Source: a plasmid
DNA length: 64,000 nt
Sequence record: NZ_CP137560.1
Strand: one strand, 5' to 3'
Positions within the stretch are counted from its first letter, which is position 1. Each line of letters begins with the position of its first letter. The translations under genes were made by a program, and so were the position numbers. Below the pieces are notes generated by a model. That model did not search any database. It worked only from the letters and a program-made list of their open reading frames with translations, and was not told the origin of the DNA. Positions 30,157 to 39,077 of this stretch are shown piece after piece.

Positions 30157-30777
30157 TTACTTGTCTATGTATGATGCAACAAAATATACAATCGAAATGA
30201 CCGTATAAAGGAAACACGGCAAGAATATCCAAAGCAAAGTCTTTACCCAACCGTTTGACAACCACACACCTTCATTCCTTGACATCATATTAGACATATC
30301 ATAGAAATGGCGAGTGAGGATTTCTTTGTTTTTCTTTCGGTGGTCTTCAAGAAGTTTGGACTCGTTTTCAATGAGTTTCTTCCTGTTGTTGATTGCCTGT
30401 TCCATATCGGCATCATCAATCTTTGCTTTGACAGTTATGTCTTTTACTTTGCCGATGTAGGCTTCAATAGCTTTGGTGACAGTATTCGCTTTATCTGAGG
30501 CTTCACTCAATTTGTCTTTTGCTTCATGCATGGAAGCAGTAGCCATTTCAACGCCACTTTTTGCCAAAGTCAAACTATTGCCAGCATCCTTGTAGGCTTG
30601 AAGTTGTTGGTCAAACTTGTCCGAGGTCTTGTCCGTTTCGATATTCTTGTCTATCGTGTTCTCGAAAGATCCGAAATCCATATCTGAGATTTTACTTTTA
30701 CCTATTGGCATAATATCAGTGCTGTTGGTTGAACATTCGGTTATCTGCCATACCCTTGCTTCTTGCGAGGTCTGCAC
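30157..30777 (-). CDS. mobC: MobC-like mobilization protein with a C-terminal TM
   Basis: 206 aa, coiled-coil then a C-terminal hydrophobic segment. Positional and sequence homolog at 47170-47772. Confidence 0.6.
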   Translation of the reverse strand: MQTSQEARVWQITECSTNSTDIMPIGKSKISDMDFGSFENTIDKNIETDKTSDKFDQQLQAYKDAGNSLTLAKSGVEMATASMHEAKDKLSEASDKANTVTKAIEAYIGKVKDITVKAKIDDADMEQAINNRKKLIENESKLLEDHRKKNKEILTRHFYDMSNMMSRNEGVWLSNGWVKTLLWIFLPCFLYTVISIVYFVASYIDK

Positions 30778-31964
30778 AGTCGATTAGCCATCATAGCGCA
30801 ACGATACGCCCAAGACAGTTCATCCTCGTCCTTGTCACGTCCCCAACCTGAGGTAGCACCACCTCCGCCACCGCCAGACTGGGCGGCAATGGTTGTGGCA
30901 GCATCAATGTATTCAGCAAAGAGAAGAATGGCGGTCTTCTGCACATCACCTATCTTGGCAAATACATTGTCGGCATCCAAAGCTATATTCTTATCGATGA
31001 TATCCAGACAATTCTGAGGAATATCAACAGGGTAATGATGAAACTCGTCCGTATAGAAGTCGAAGTGACGTATCTTTGGAGAGTTGTCCGCAGTAGGCAT
31101 GGGTTTGGGTACAGTCATAATCTTTGGCTGTTGGGTATTCTTTGTTGGAGTTGAAACTGGTTTCTCCAATTCTTGATGATGCAGTTTTGCCCAAGTACCT
31201 TCAATCTTTGAGGGCATCAGACAACGACCTTTGCCAAGTTCCGAGGACTTATAAATGGAGTTACCACGCTTGATGGCATAGCCACGCATTTGTCCTTTAT
31301 TGTCAGATTGTAGTTTGACATCATATCCCATTTGCGTGAGGCATTTTGTGTATAGTCCCCAATCAAAGTACGACATCTTAGCCAAAACGGAAAGGCAATC
31401 ATTGGTTATCGCTTCCTTATTTTGGCGGCTCACCTCTTGTGCATCTTTCCATCCACGCTGTTGCCCAACCTTGGCGGCAGCAGCCATCGCTCGCTCATAG
31501 ATATAATGGGCATCATTCACGTTGCCCCTTATGTCTATGCGGTTCGCATCAATGTGAAGGTGCATAATGCCACTCTTGCTGTCACGATGAAGCGCAACAA
31601 CATATTGGCTGTCTTTGAGGTTGGTTGTCTTTGCACTCTTGCGCTTCGACTTGGCTGAAAGGTCAACAGCATCAAACTCACGGATAAAGTCATCCGCCAA
31701 CCTCTGCCAGTCCTCCATTGTCCAACCTTGCGTTTCCTCCGAGGTTGGGGAAACCTCGATACGTATCATGTTCCGTTTGAGCGGATGATAACGGTTCAAC
31801 TTGTCCTCAAACTTCTTCTGCAAGGCAAGCATTCTCGCCCACATTGCCGTTGGGGAAATATCATCGGGCAAGAGATTGGTCTTTACAATCTCTGCCTTGT
31901 CCTTATCTACTGAGTAACGTATGGCATTTGCGCCATGACTTATTACCTTTGCTTTTGCTATCAT
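30741..31964 (-). CDS. mobB: Relaxase/mobilization nuclease (Bacteroides MobB type) with a poly-Gly/RDKDEDE tail
   Basis: MIAKAKVISHGANAIRYSVDKDKAE... matches the relaxase/mobilisation nuclease N-terminus. HxH context (IMHLHIDANRID). C-terminal SGGGGGGATSGWGRDKDEDELSWAYRCAMMANR. Confidence 0.85.
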   Translation of the reverse strand: MIAKAKVISHGANAIRYSVDKDKAEIVKTNLLPDDISPTAMWARMLALQKKFEDKLNRYHPLKRNMIRIEVSPTSEETQGWTMEDWQRLADDFIREFDAVDLSAKSKRKSAKTTNLKDSQYVVALHRDSKSGIMHLHIDANRIDIRGNVNDAHYIYERAMAAAAKVGQQRGWKDAQEVSRQNKEAITNDCLSVLAKMSYFDWGLYTKCLTQMGYDVKLQSDNKGQMRGYAIKRGNSIYKSSELGKGRCLMPSKIEGTWAKLHHQELEKPVSTPTKNTQQPKIMTVPKPMPTADNSPKIRHFDFYTDEFHHYPVDIPQNCLDIIDKNIALDADNVFAKIGDVQKTAILLFAEYIDAATTIAAQSGGGGGGATSGWGRDKDEDELSWAYRCAMMANRLCRPRKKQGYGR

Positions 31965-31978
31965 ATATGTCGTATGTT

Positions 31979-32380
31979 CTATTGTGTTAAGTATTTCTCT
32001 ATCTCAATCATGCGGTTCAAGATAACCTCTGCGCTTGTTCTCCATCGTTTCATGAAGATTTCGCTGCGGAGAATGTTCTCACGTTCCGTAAGCGGACGAC
32101 CTTTGAGGAAACCGAACAATTTCTGTATATCGCCCCTGGCATCCGATAGGCTGTTCAAAGCCTCCATTTCTTTGTCTGTCAAGCGTTGTTTGGGGTATTT
32201 GCCCTCCAACCGCTTGCGTGCGTATGCGCTTGTGGTTAGTCCGCAAAGAGCAGCATATTCCGCTATCTCCTTATGGAGTTGCGGTGTCAGCCTTACTATC
32301 AGGCGGCTCGTGTATTTCGGAGCCTCCTTATCTATAATTCTCTTATTCATACCAAGTATTGCTTCTATAAAAGTGTGCAA
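31979..32380 (-). CDS. mobA: MobA/MobC-type relaxosome accessory protein (RHH)
   Basis: 133 aa, ...LTPQLHKEIAEYAALCGLTTSAYARKRL..., typical of a mobilization protein upstream of a relaxase. Homolog at 49014-49424. Confidence 0.65.
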   Translation of the reverse strand: MHTFIEAILGMNKRIIDKEAPKYTSRLIVRLTPQLHKEIAEYAALCGLTTSAYARKRLEGKYPKQRLTDKEMEALNSLSDARGDIQKLFGFLKGRPLTERENILRSEIFMKRWRTSAEVILNRMIEIEKYLTQ

Positions 32381-32425
32381 CCCAATGCGAGCTTGCGAGC
32401 GTTCAAGAAGTCCATTGGCATACGG

Positions 32426-32444
32426 ACAAACGAAGTGCGTTTGT
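32426..32444. other. Candidate oriT hairpin ACAAACG-aagtg-CGTTTGT upstream of mobA (IME-B)
   Basis: Perfect 7-bp inverted repeat. The GCGAGCTTGCGAGC motif at 32388-32400 is also conserved upstream of the IME-C mobA (49471-49483). Confidence 0.4.
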
Positions 32445-32551
32445 ATGACATTGGTATTTCTTGCATAGCACTGCCATCAGAGTTTACGCACAAGCACGCT
32501 ACGCACTGCGATTGCACCAGTTCACAGACTTGTTGTATAACGGTTCTCAAA

Positions 32552-33202
32552 TTACCCAAGCAACAGCAATTGTGGGGCATCCTCCGCTTCCATCTGTTCT
32601 TTGAAGAATTGCCTTCTGGCTTCTGCCTCCAGTTCCATGTCAGAGACGCTTGGCGGTGGAACATCTTCCTCCTCTCCATTATTGCCATTTCCTGAAGTTA
32701 GGGAAGAAAAGGAACTGTTGGCAAGTTGTGTTGGAGAAGTACCGCCATTTTTGATGGGTGGATCCTCCTTGTTAGGGAATGCGGTTGTGGAAGTCATAGT
32801 ATTAGACTTGCCGGAACAGTCTCTTTGGTTGATGGGAACATAGTGAGGATTGACATATTTCTTGCCGTCAACAATCCATGCAGAAATGCAGAGCAATGTG
32901 TGAACACTTCCTCGTCTTGTCTGTACAGAAGAAAGGATGCCCAATTTGTTCATGTGGTCAAGCATCTTGGAGACGGTTTTTCGGTCACACTTCCATAGTT
33001 TGGATAGAGCCACCTCTGACATGTTCACCTCCCATAATGCGGTTGTGGATTCCCCAACCTCATTTGATGTTTCAATCTGTCGTGTCACAATCTGAATGAG
33101 TTGATAAAGGCATGAAAGGCGATTGATGCCAGCCGTGCCACCCATCAGATAGTTTACTTGTTCATTACTCAGGATAATGCTGTTGAAAATATTACTGTTC
33201 AT
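32552..33202 (-). CDS. IME HTH-domain protein (paralog family)
   Basis: ALSKLWKCDRKTVSKMLDHMNKLGIL HTH with an acidic tail. Homolog of 18410-19066. Confidence 0.5.
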   Translation of the reverse strand: MNSNIFNSIILSNEQVNYLMGGTAGINRLSCLYQLIQIVTRQIETSNEVGESTTALWEVNMSEVALSKLWKCDRKTVSKMLDHMNKLGILSSVQTRRGSVHTLLCISAWIVDGKKYVNPHYVPINQRDCSGKSNTMTSTTAFPNKEDPPIKNGGTSPTQLANSSFSSLTSGNGNNGEEEDVPPPSVSDMELEAEARRQFFKEQMEAEDAPQLLLLG

Positions 33203-33273
33203 CGTTGTTTATTTTTGTTGTGTGAATTTTTTCTTGCTGTTATGCGGAAAACTCTCTGCCGTCAAAAGAGAAG

Positions 33274-33621
33274 CTATCGCCTCATGCCGAAGCCTCTCTC
33301 TGGCATATAATACTCCTTGTCGTATGCGATATGGTCAAGCACACGTTGCAGTCGGTCAAGTTGAAGACTGTCAAGCACTTGTATGGCATTGATGGTAATT
33401 TTCTGTGATGCAATTCTTCGATGCTCACAGTTTCTTTCAGACATGGTTCCGTCACCGTCAGCATAGACCGAATGAAGATAGGTATTGACTGCTTCCGTCT
33501 GTTCCTTGCTTGGGTAAGCAGCAGGAAAGCGGTCGGAAATGTAGTCTACCATATTGCTGACCGCATTAGCCAACAGAGGGTCACGTTTTTGCAGACTGTT
33601 TACAAGTTCATCTTTCGTCAT
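33274..33621 (-). CDS. Small conserved IME protein of unknown function
   Basis: 115 aa, positional homolog of 19063-19371 and 50584-50901. Confidence 0.45.
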   Translation of the reverse strand: MTKDELVNSLQKRDPLLANAVSNMVDYISDRFPAAYPSKEQTEAVNTYLHSVYADGDGTMSERNCEHRRIASQKITINAIQVLDSLQLDRLQRVLDHIAYDKEYYMPERGFGMRR

Positions 33622-33625
33622 GATG

Positions 33626-33958
33626 CTATGGTCTATTGTTCATTTCATTCAGACGGTTTGCAGCCTCCAGTCTTATCTCCTCCTCCGACATGGCTCTTGC
33701 TCCTCGTACCCAGTCAAGCAAGGCTTTCTTCTCAAAGAAGATGAGCTTGCCAGCAGGCTTGAAGTACGGCAACTGGTTAAGATGCGTCATCTTGTAGAGC
33801 GTGCTCTTGGCAATGCCGAGAAAGGCGGAAGCCTCTTCAAGGTTCAACACTTCCTTTGTCATATAGCAAAGGTTCTCCAACTTGTTCACTCTCGACTGAA
33901 GCTCCACTATCTTGCGCTCATGGTCGAGGTTCATCTTTAATGCGTTTTTTTCTGTCAT
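33626..33958 (-). CDS. Excisionase-family HTH protein (xis-like)
   Basis: LNLEEASAFLGIAKSTLYKMTHLNQLPYFKPAGKLIFFEKKALLDWV. Confidence 0.75.
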   Translation of the reverse strand: MTEKNALKMNLDHERKIVELQSRVNKLENLCYMTKEVLNLEEASAFLGIAKSTLYKMTHLNQLPYFKPAGKLIFFEKKALLDWVRGARAMSEEEIRLEAANRLNEMNNRP

Positions 33959-34477
33959 AAATCTGATATTTTGTTTATTTTGTTATCGATTTCGGCTGCA
34001 AAGGTATATTGTTGCCAATGATATTCAAGCAGCCGTTATGGTTTATTAAAAGTGCTGATTTTCAATTCTTTGGTTCTATTTTACCATGCTGCAATGTGGT
34101 AGATTGGTCGGACACTCACTTGAAATTCAGCATCTTCAAATGTCTATCGTTCAAACATTCACAAAACCAAGGATTGGACAATAAGGGTGGCAAATCTTTG
34201 GTTCTATTGCCAGTTCTCGTTTTTGAAAATGTCCAACAGAGTGAAAAACAAAATTTAACACCCGATATTTGCAAGTCATACTGTTTGAGGTCAAAATCGC
34301 TTGCAATAACCACATTTGGGGTACAATGGTAGGAAAATGAGTTGTGAATGAGAGAAATAGGGATTTCCCCTCGTTTTTCAAGGGACAAATTTGTACCTTT
34401 GCAAACGAAACAGAGGTATTCCACAAGGGATATTTCGGGCAAAGTGTTCTTGACTTTATTTTTCCGTGGTTTTGTCC

Positions 34478-34492
34478 CGTTTTTGTCCCTCG
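34478..34492 (+). repeat. 15-bp direct repeat CGTTTTTGTCCCTCG, right flank of IME-B
   Basis: Identical to 20987-21001. Confidence 0.7.
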
Positions 34493-34778
34493 CTGATTTT
34501 GTATCACGAGACAAAAAATTATAAATAGCTGATTTACAGCGATAAAAGTCGTGTTTTGAAGAATTGGTAACGGCAACCACCAGTAACCACCAAAACGGAC
34601 CTTGGGAACCAATGAAATCAGCGTTACAAAGGAACTCGTTGGTCTGAAATACAACGTTGTCTATATCTTCCTCGAATAAATCCACGCCTATGGTTTTTGA
34701 AAGGTCCGAGATATAATCGCCCATTCCCGTCATAGTGCTACCTACAGAAGTATCTAAGAATAATGATGTAAATGCCAT
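34493..34778 (-). pseudogene. traJ: N-terminal 95 codons of a tra protein (most likely traJ N-part), separated from its continuation by IME-B
   Basis: Removing 21002-34492 in silico joins this ORF in frame to the traJ middle fragment (...AIYNFLSRDTKSARDKN|ETKVGKQS...MVRPAWDNWW...). Its start lies 27 bp after the upstream gene stop. Confidence 0.5.
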
Positions 34779-34805
34779 AATGATATTTTTCTATTTTTTA
34801 AAGTT

Positions 34806-35546
34806 CTAGGGTTTTTCCTTAGCAAAGCCATCCACCGCCATGGCCGCTTGCCAGCGTTTATAAGCATCCTTGGCGATGACAACATTGGAAGAAAGTCGCT
34901 CCGGGGTGACGGCTTGCTCTGATATTTTTTTACTCTTTTTCAAGGAATTCCAATAAAGCAATTGTTTGACGAGAGTCAGATTTCTTTTGACCACATCCTG
35001 ATAGATGGCCAGGTACTCCTTCTTCCTCTTACCCAAGTCCTGATAGGACTCATGGGTAATCTTGATGGCGGTCTCAAAGCAATTGTAGAGATTTCTCCAA
35101 GATTGGTAGTCATTGGGGGAACCACCATAAGATACAATATTGTTGATGTTCTTGTTAAAGATCTCCATCTTACCATCGAGTTTGCTTTTCTCCAGTACCC
35201 ATGAAAGGTCACTGGCACTTGACCTTGAAACAATGTTGATAGCTTCCACCTTCGCTCGCTTGGTGTAATCAGAATCCACTTTCTCTGCCAAGTCTTGCTC
35301 CAGGGTTGTGTAGCCCATGACCTCCGTGCGGTAGAGCAATTTGTTTCTTGCATTGGCATCTTTTTGGTATTTCTTATGAAATGTGTTATAATACCAGGCA
35401 GGGGATAGGCTTCCAGCACCTGTCTCCATGGTAGTGAACTGGTTCATGATGTCACGTTCATGGACATAGGTCACTTCCTGAGCACCGGCATGTAGGCTCA
35501 TTGCGCACAGCAAACCTAAAATCAACTGTTTGAATTTACGTTTCAT
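34806..35546 (-). CDS. Secreted protein of unknown function within the tra operon
   Basis: 246 aa with signal peptide MKRKFKQLILGLLCAMSLHAGAQ. The C-terminal ...AYKRWQAAMAVDG resembles ...DSYTRWLAAGDEAH of the adjacent paralog. Confidence 0.55.
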   Translation of the reverse strand: MKRKFKQLILGLLCAMSLHAGAQEVTYVHERDIMNQFTTMETGAGSLSPAWYYNTFHKKYQKDANARNKLLYRTEVMGYTTLEQDLAEKVDSDYTKRAKVEAINIVSRSSASDLSWVLEKSKLDGKMEIFNKNINNIVSYGGSPNDYQSWRNLYNCFETAIKITHESYQDLGKRKKEYLAIYQDVVKRNLTLVKQLLYWNSLKKSKKISEQAVTPERLSSNVVIAKDAYKRWQAAMAVDGFAKEKP

Positions 35547-35570
35547 ATCTTTTAATTGCTTTTTTAAAGT

Positions 35571-36386
35571 TTAATCTTCTTTTCTTCCTCCAATCAAACT
35601 GCCGCCACCCAGGGGAGCATGGGTAACAGACTTCTTGTCTTGCAAGCAGTTATGAGCTTCATCACCAGCAGCCAACCATCTGGTATAGGAGTCCTTGACG
35701 ATCTCTTTGATGGTACGAGCCATGAATATCTCCTTTTTCCAGTACCCAAGCCTGATGGTCATATAGGTATGAATGTCCAAATAGGCATGATAGATGGTAT
35801 AGTCAATATGATCCATACTCTCGTTGATGGAATTAAGAATAACCATCAAGTTGGCTGTAGAACACTCTGACTCACCTGAAATAATCAAAGATAAATCCAA
35901 GTATGACTTATAGAGATTTAAAACGGACTTCTCAACCTCCTTGACGGCTCTTTTGCTGGTGTTGACAATCAGCGTATCAGATGACCAGATGGCACCATGG
36001 GAGAGGATTTTCTCATTGTATGTATCTATGAGCTTCCAATATCCAGTGATATTATGCTTGATGCTCTCATAGGTATTTACCCCATGAAAGGCCGTGGCAG
36101 TTCCCTTGAGAATCAAGTCCACAATTTCAAAGCAACGTTTATAATTATCGAGCTTTTGTTCTATCTCCCTATAGTCCGTTATTTTTTTGGAGGTTTTCTT
36201 ATGATAGGTATATGCGCCTAGTTCAGAGATGGCTCTTACTTCCAATACGGTTCTTACCGTCTTGTGGTTTTTAATCATTGCCTCCAAGCTGCCAACGTCA
36301 TCCTGTGCCCAAACATGAGAAGGCAATAAGAGTAGAAGCAAGAGTGTCAGAGGGTTGACTCTTGTTTTTATGATGGAGTATTTCAT
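35571..36386 (-). CDS. Secreted protein of unknown function, paralog of 34806-35546
   Basis: 271 aa, signal peptide ...LLLLLLLPSHVWAQ, operon-tight spacing. Confidence 0.55.
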   Translation of the reverse strand: MKYSIIKTRVNPLTLLLLLLLPSHVWAQDDVGSLEAMIKNHKTVRTVLEVRAISELGAYTYHKKTSKKITDYREIEQKLDNYKRCFEIVDLILKGTATAFHGVNTYESIKHNITGYWKLIDTYNEKILSHGAIWSSDTLIVNTSKRAVKEVEKSVLNLYKSYLDLSLIISGESECSTANLMVILNSINESMDHIDYTIYHAYLDIHTYMTIRLGYWKKEIFMARTIKEIVKDSYTRWLAAGDEAHNCLQDKKSVTHAPLGGGSLIGGRKED

Positions 36387-36395
36387 ACTTGATAC

Positions 36396-39077
36396 TTATT
36401 GTTTACTTTGTTTCAGACTGGTTGGCTTTTGTTCCGTTTCCAGGGGAGAGCACTTCTTCATGGCCTGAAGACTGGCTTCTTCCCATCTTTGAAGAGCATA
36501 GGATGCAATCGTGTTCCTCAATCTCCTGGAAACCACATCGAATATTTGTCGCTTGAGAAAATCCAGAACACATTCCCTTTGTGTCATCACCTTTTCTATG
36601 AGAACCAACTGAGCATAGATGCGGGTCAGTTCTTGCTCCACATAGCGAGCCACCTGCAAACGGTCACTGGCCAAGAGCAGATGAATCCCATCTTCATCAT
36701 CCTCATCATCTTTTGTCTGGCTTTGATAGTTGTATCTCATGGAAATGCTACAGTTCGGCATGTCATCCATCCACTTGCGCATTCTCTCGTTGACTTCATC
36801 AGTCAGTTCCTTCTCACTCTTGTTCATGTCAAGCTGCATGACCTCCAATACATTTTCAGAGCTGCTACTAGAGGTTAGCTTAAAATCCACGGACAAGATT
36901 GCTCTATGGATGCGGATGCCCAATGCATAACGAGGCTTACGAGAAAGCTTCAACGTAGCTGTGTAAGTAACTTGACTTTTGGCATCCGGACAGTAAGCGT
37001 GTCTTACGAATACATATTCATCGCTCCCCTGAATCCATTCTCCTTCATCCGCCCACTGCAAGTGGTACATGGAAGCGAGGCTTGCCATGTTGGATGGGAT
37101 GCGATAGGAACCAGAAAGATTGTCGCCCAAGTCCTTGTAATAATCATCCAAAGCCTGATTGAGCTCAGAAAGCATGCGTTCTTTCTGTTGCAAGTCCTGT
37201 TTAAGCAGGGCGTTCTCATTGGAAAGAGCATTATACTCATCATCCAACTTATTGGCCAGCGGATAATTCTTGCTAAACTTGGCCTGTTGGATCCTGGAAA
37301 GGAGATTTTTCTGCTTTGTATCATTCTCCTTGATTTCAGCTTTCAAATTCGCTATTTGCTGATTGAGCTTATTTTGTTTTTCAATGAGTGCCTTAGAGGA
37401 ATCATCCGCCAAGTTGGGCGTTGCTTCCATGGCAAAGTCCTTGGACTTTGGCCATTCCAAGGAGCCACCTTGATTACCATTTTCTTTCCAATTGAAACTT
37501 CCTTCTCCCAAGGAGGCTCCATCCTCACAGGCTGCAAGGAAACTCACAGAAGAGCAGCCTTGCATCTTCCTTTCATCGGCCATAGTATAGTAGCGTGGAT
37601 TGTCACTGCCTAGCTTGAAAGAGATAGTAGGGTGTTCGCCAAGAAACTTTTCATGCTCATCGATAACACCCTGAAGCCTTGCCTGCATTCTCTTCATGAA
37701 GGTGGTCTTGTCCATGGTCTGTGAGTCAAATATTTCCTCATAAACATCTTCCCTGATATCCCATTGGTCTCTCACCTTAACACGGTAAGAATGGAAACAA
37801 TAGCGTTCATCATAAGAATGGCTGAACAAGCCTCCTCCATAGTGGCGGTTTCTGTCCTCATGTCTCTTAACATAGGTAATGGTGCAGTCATGACCAGGGT
37901 TTTGGATATTATACTCATTACATTTAGCCTCATTCCACTCACATCTTTGGAAAAGTTTGTCCTTGAGCTCGGTATCTTCCGCTTCAGTAAGATACTTGTA
38001 GCAAGGTATTACAGAATAGTTCTGTCGTTTTTTCCCACTGGAATGGACAAACCAATCAAGATTCCATCCTGCGTCTCCCCAATTGTTATATCCGGCAGGA
38101 TTGTAGTCGCAAAGTACTCTGCTTCCAGCATCTTGCTGATAGATATACCAACGTTGGGTATAATACTGTCCTTGCATTTCTTCTATATAGGAGGAAATAT
38201 AACCAGAAATATTATAATCACTGATTTGGAATAATTTATCCACTGTGGCTTCATCTCCTTCACCAATCACGGTATAAAGAATCTCCTTGACATTAGTAGC
38301 ATTCTTGAAGGATTTGTATTTATCCCTGAAACTCTCATAGAGTCTGGCTATCTCCCTGGGCTTGGCCTTAAAGATACCTCCAATTTTGGTGACATCCTCC
38401 AGATTATGGTCAATGGCCACCTTACCTGCTTGCGCAATCACGCTGCCCAAATGCTTGAAATCATCAGCGATGTCATCCTGGGAAATTCCCTTGCCAAACT
38501 CTCCAAGCTTAGAAAAAAGACTCTTCCAGTCCACATCAGCAAGCTGCGCCAAGTCGAATAACTTTTGAAGCTTCTCATTGATTAGCAAGAATTGGATATC
38601 CTTGAAGGAGAACTTGCCATTGGTGACCACGCACTCAAACTGTTTGCAGAGGTTTTCGACATTATGGGTGGTCTTATACAGATAAGGTCCCCAATAGAGT
38701 GCATTCTCTGGCTGCTTGATCATTTTGCCAGCCACTGTGATGAACTTAGGCATGATGCCATCCTTTACCAATCTGAATATTCTATGGTAATAGTAATTTT
38801 CCTCCGTGGCAAACAAGCCTGGATTCCGGCGGGCCTCTCTCTCTTTCTTCTTGCTCAGGAAAATGCCGGCAGATGCGATACCTGCCGTTTTGTAATGCTC
38901 CAGTATTTTACTGATATGTGTAGCTGTGTTGCTCTCCTCCAAGGCTTCCGTAGCGTAGGCTGCCGACATGGCTGCCGCCGTGGTATAATCCACGTTGACT
39001 GCGTGCCAGCTCAAGGCCTGCGCCCGAGAGAACAAAAATATGGCAAAACAAACGAATGCTATGATTTTACGCATCAT
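36396..39077 (-). CDS. Large secreted coiled-coil protein of unknown function immediately downstream of traG
   Basis: About 893 aa from MMRKIIAFVCFAIFLFSRAQA (signal peptide). It has a central heptad-rich region and no recognisable enzymatic motif, and abuts the traG stop. Confidence 0.55.
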   Translation of the reverse strand: MMRKIIAFVCFAIFLFSRAQALSWHAVNVDYTTAAAMSAAYATEALEESNTATHISKILEHYKTAGIASAGIFLSKKKEREARRNPGLFATEENYYYHRIFRLVKDGIMPKFITVAGKMIKQPENALYWGPYLYKTTHNVENLCKQFECVVTNGKFSFKDIQFLLINEKLQKLFDLAQLADVDWKSLFSKLGEFGKGISQDDIADDFKHLGSVIAQAGKVAIDHNLEDVTKIGGIFKAKPREIARLYESFRDKYKSFKNATNVKEILYTVIGEGDEATVDKLFQISDYNISGYISSYIEEMQGQYYTQRWYIYQQDAGSRVLCDYNPAGYNNWGDAGWNLDWFVHSSGKKRQNYSVIPCYKYLTEAEDTELKDKLFQRCEWNEAKCNEYNIQNPGHDCTITYVKRHEDRNRHYGGGLFSHSYDERYCFHSYRVKVRDQWDIREDVYEEIFDSQTMDKTTFMKRMQARLQGVIDEHEKFLGEHPTISFKLGSDNPRYYTMADERKMQGCSSVSFLAACEDGASLGEGSFNWKENGNQGGSLEWPKSKDFAMEATPNLADDSSKALIEKQNKLNQQIANLKAEIKENDTKQKNLLSRIQQAKFSKNYPLANKLDDEYNALSNENALLKQDLQQKERMLSELNQALDDYYKDLGDNLSGSYRIPSNMASLASMYHLQWADEGEWIQGSDEYVFVRHAYCPDAKSQVTYTATLKLSRKPRYALGIRIHRAILSVDFKLTSSSSSENVLEVMQLDMNKSEKELTDEVNERMRKWMDDMPNCSISMRYNYQSQTKDDEDDEDGIHLLLASDRLQVARYVEQELTRIYAQLVLIEKVMTQRECVLDFLKRQIFDVVSRRLRNTIASYALQRWEEASLQAMKKCSPLETEQKPTSLKQSKQ

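Larger units (their letters stand above)
21002..34492. mobile_element. IME-B, about 13.5 kb: int-int, serine recombinase, ORF6N, surface lipoproteins, mobCBA, HTH proteins, xis-like
   Basis: Bounded by the 15-bp perfect direct repeats. Gene content parallels IME-A and IME-C, with integrases at the left end and mob/xis at the right end. Confidence 0.6.

Noticed and set aside
34116-34492. C-terminal about 125 codons of ORF 34116-34778
   Set aside because: After the 15-bp junction the translation is read-through of IME-B end sequence (Cys/Phe/Leu-rich with no domain). Only codons 1-95 appear native.
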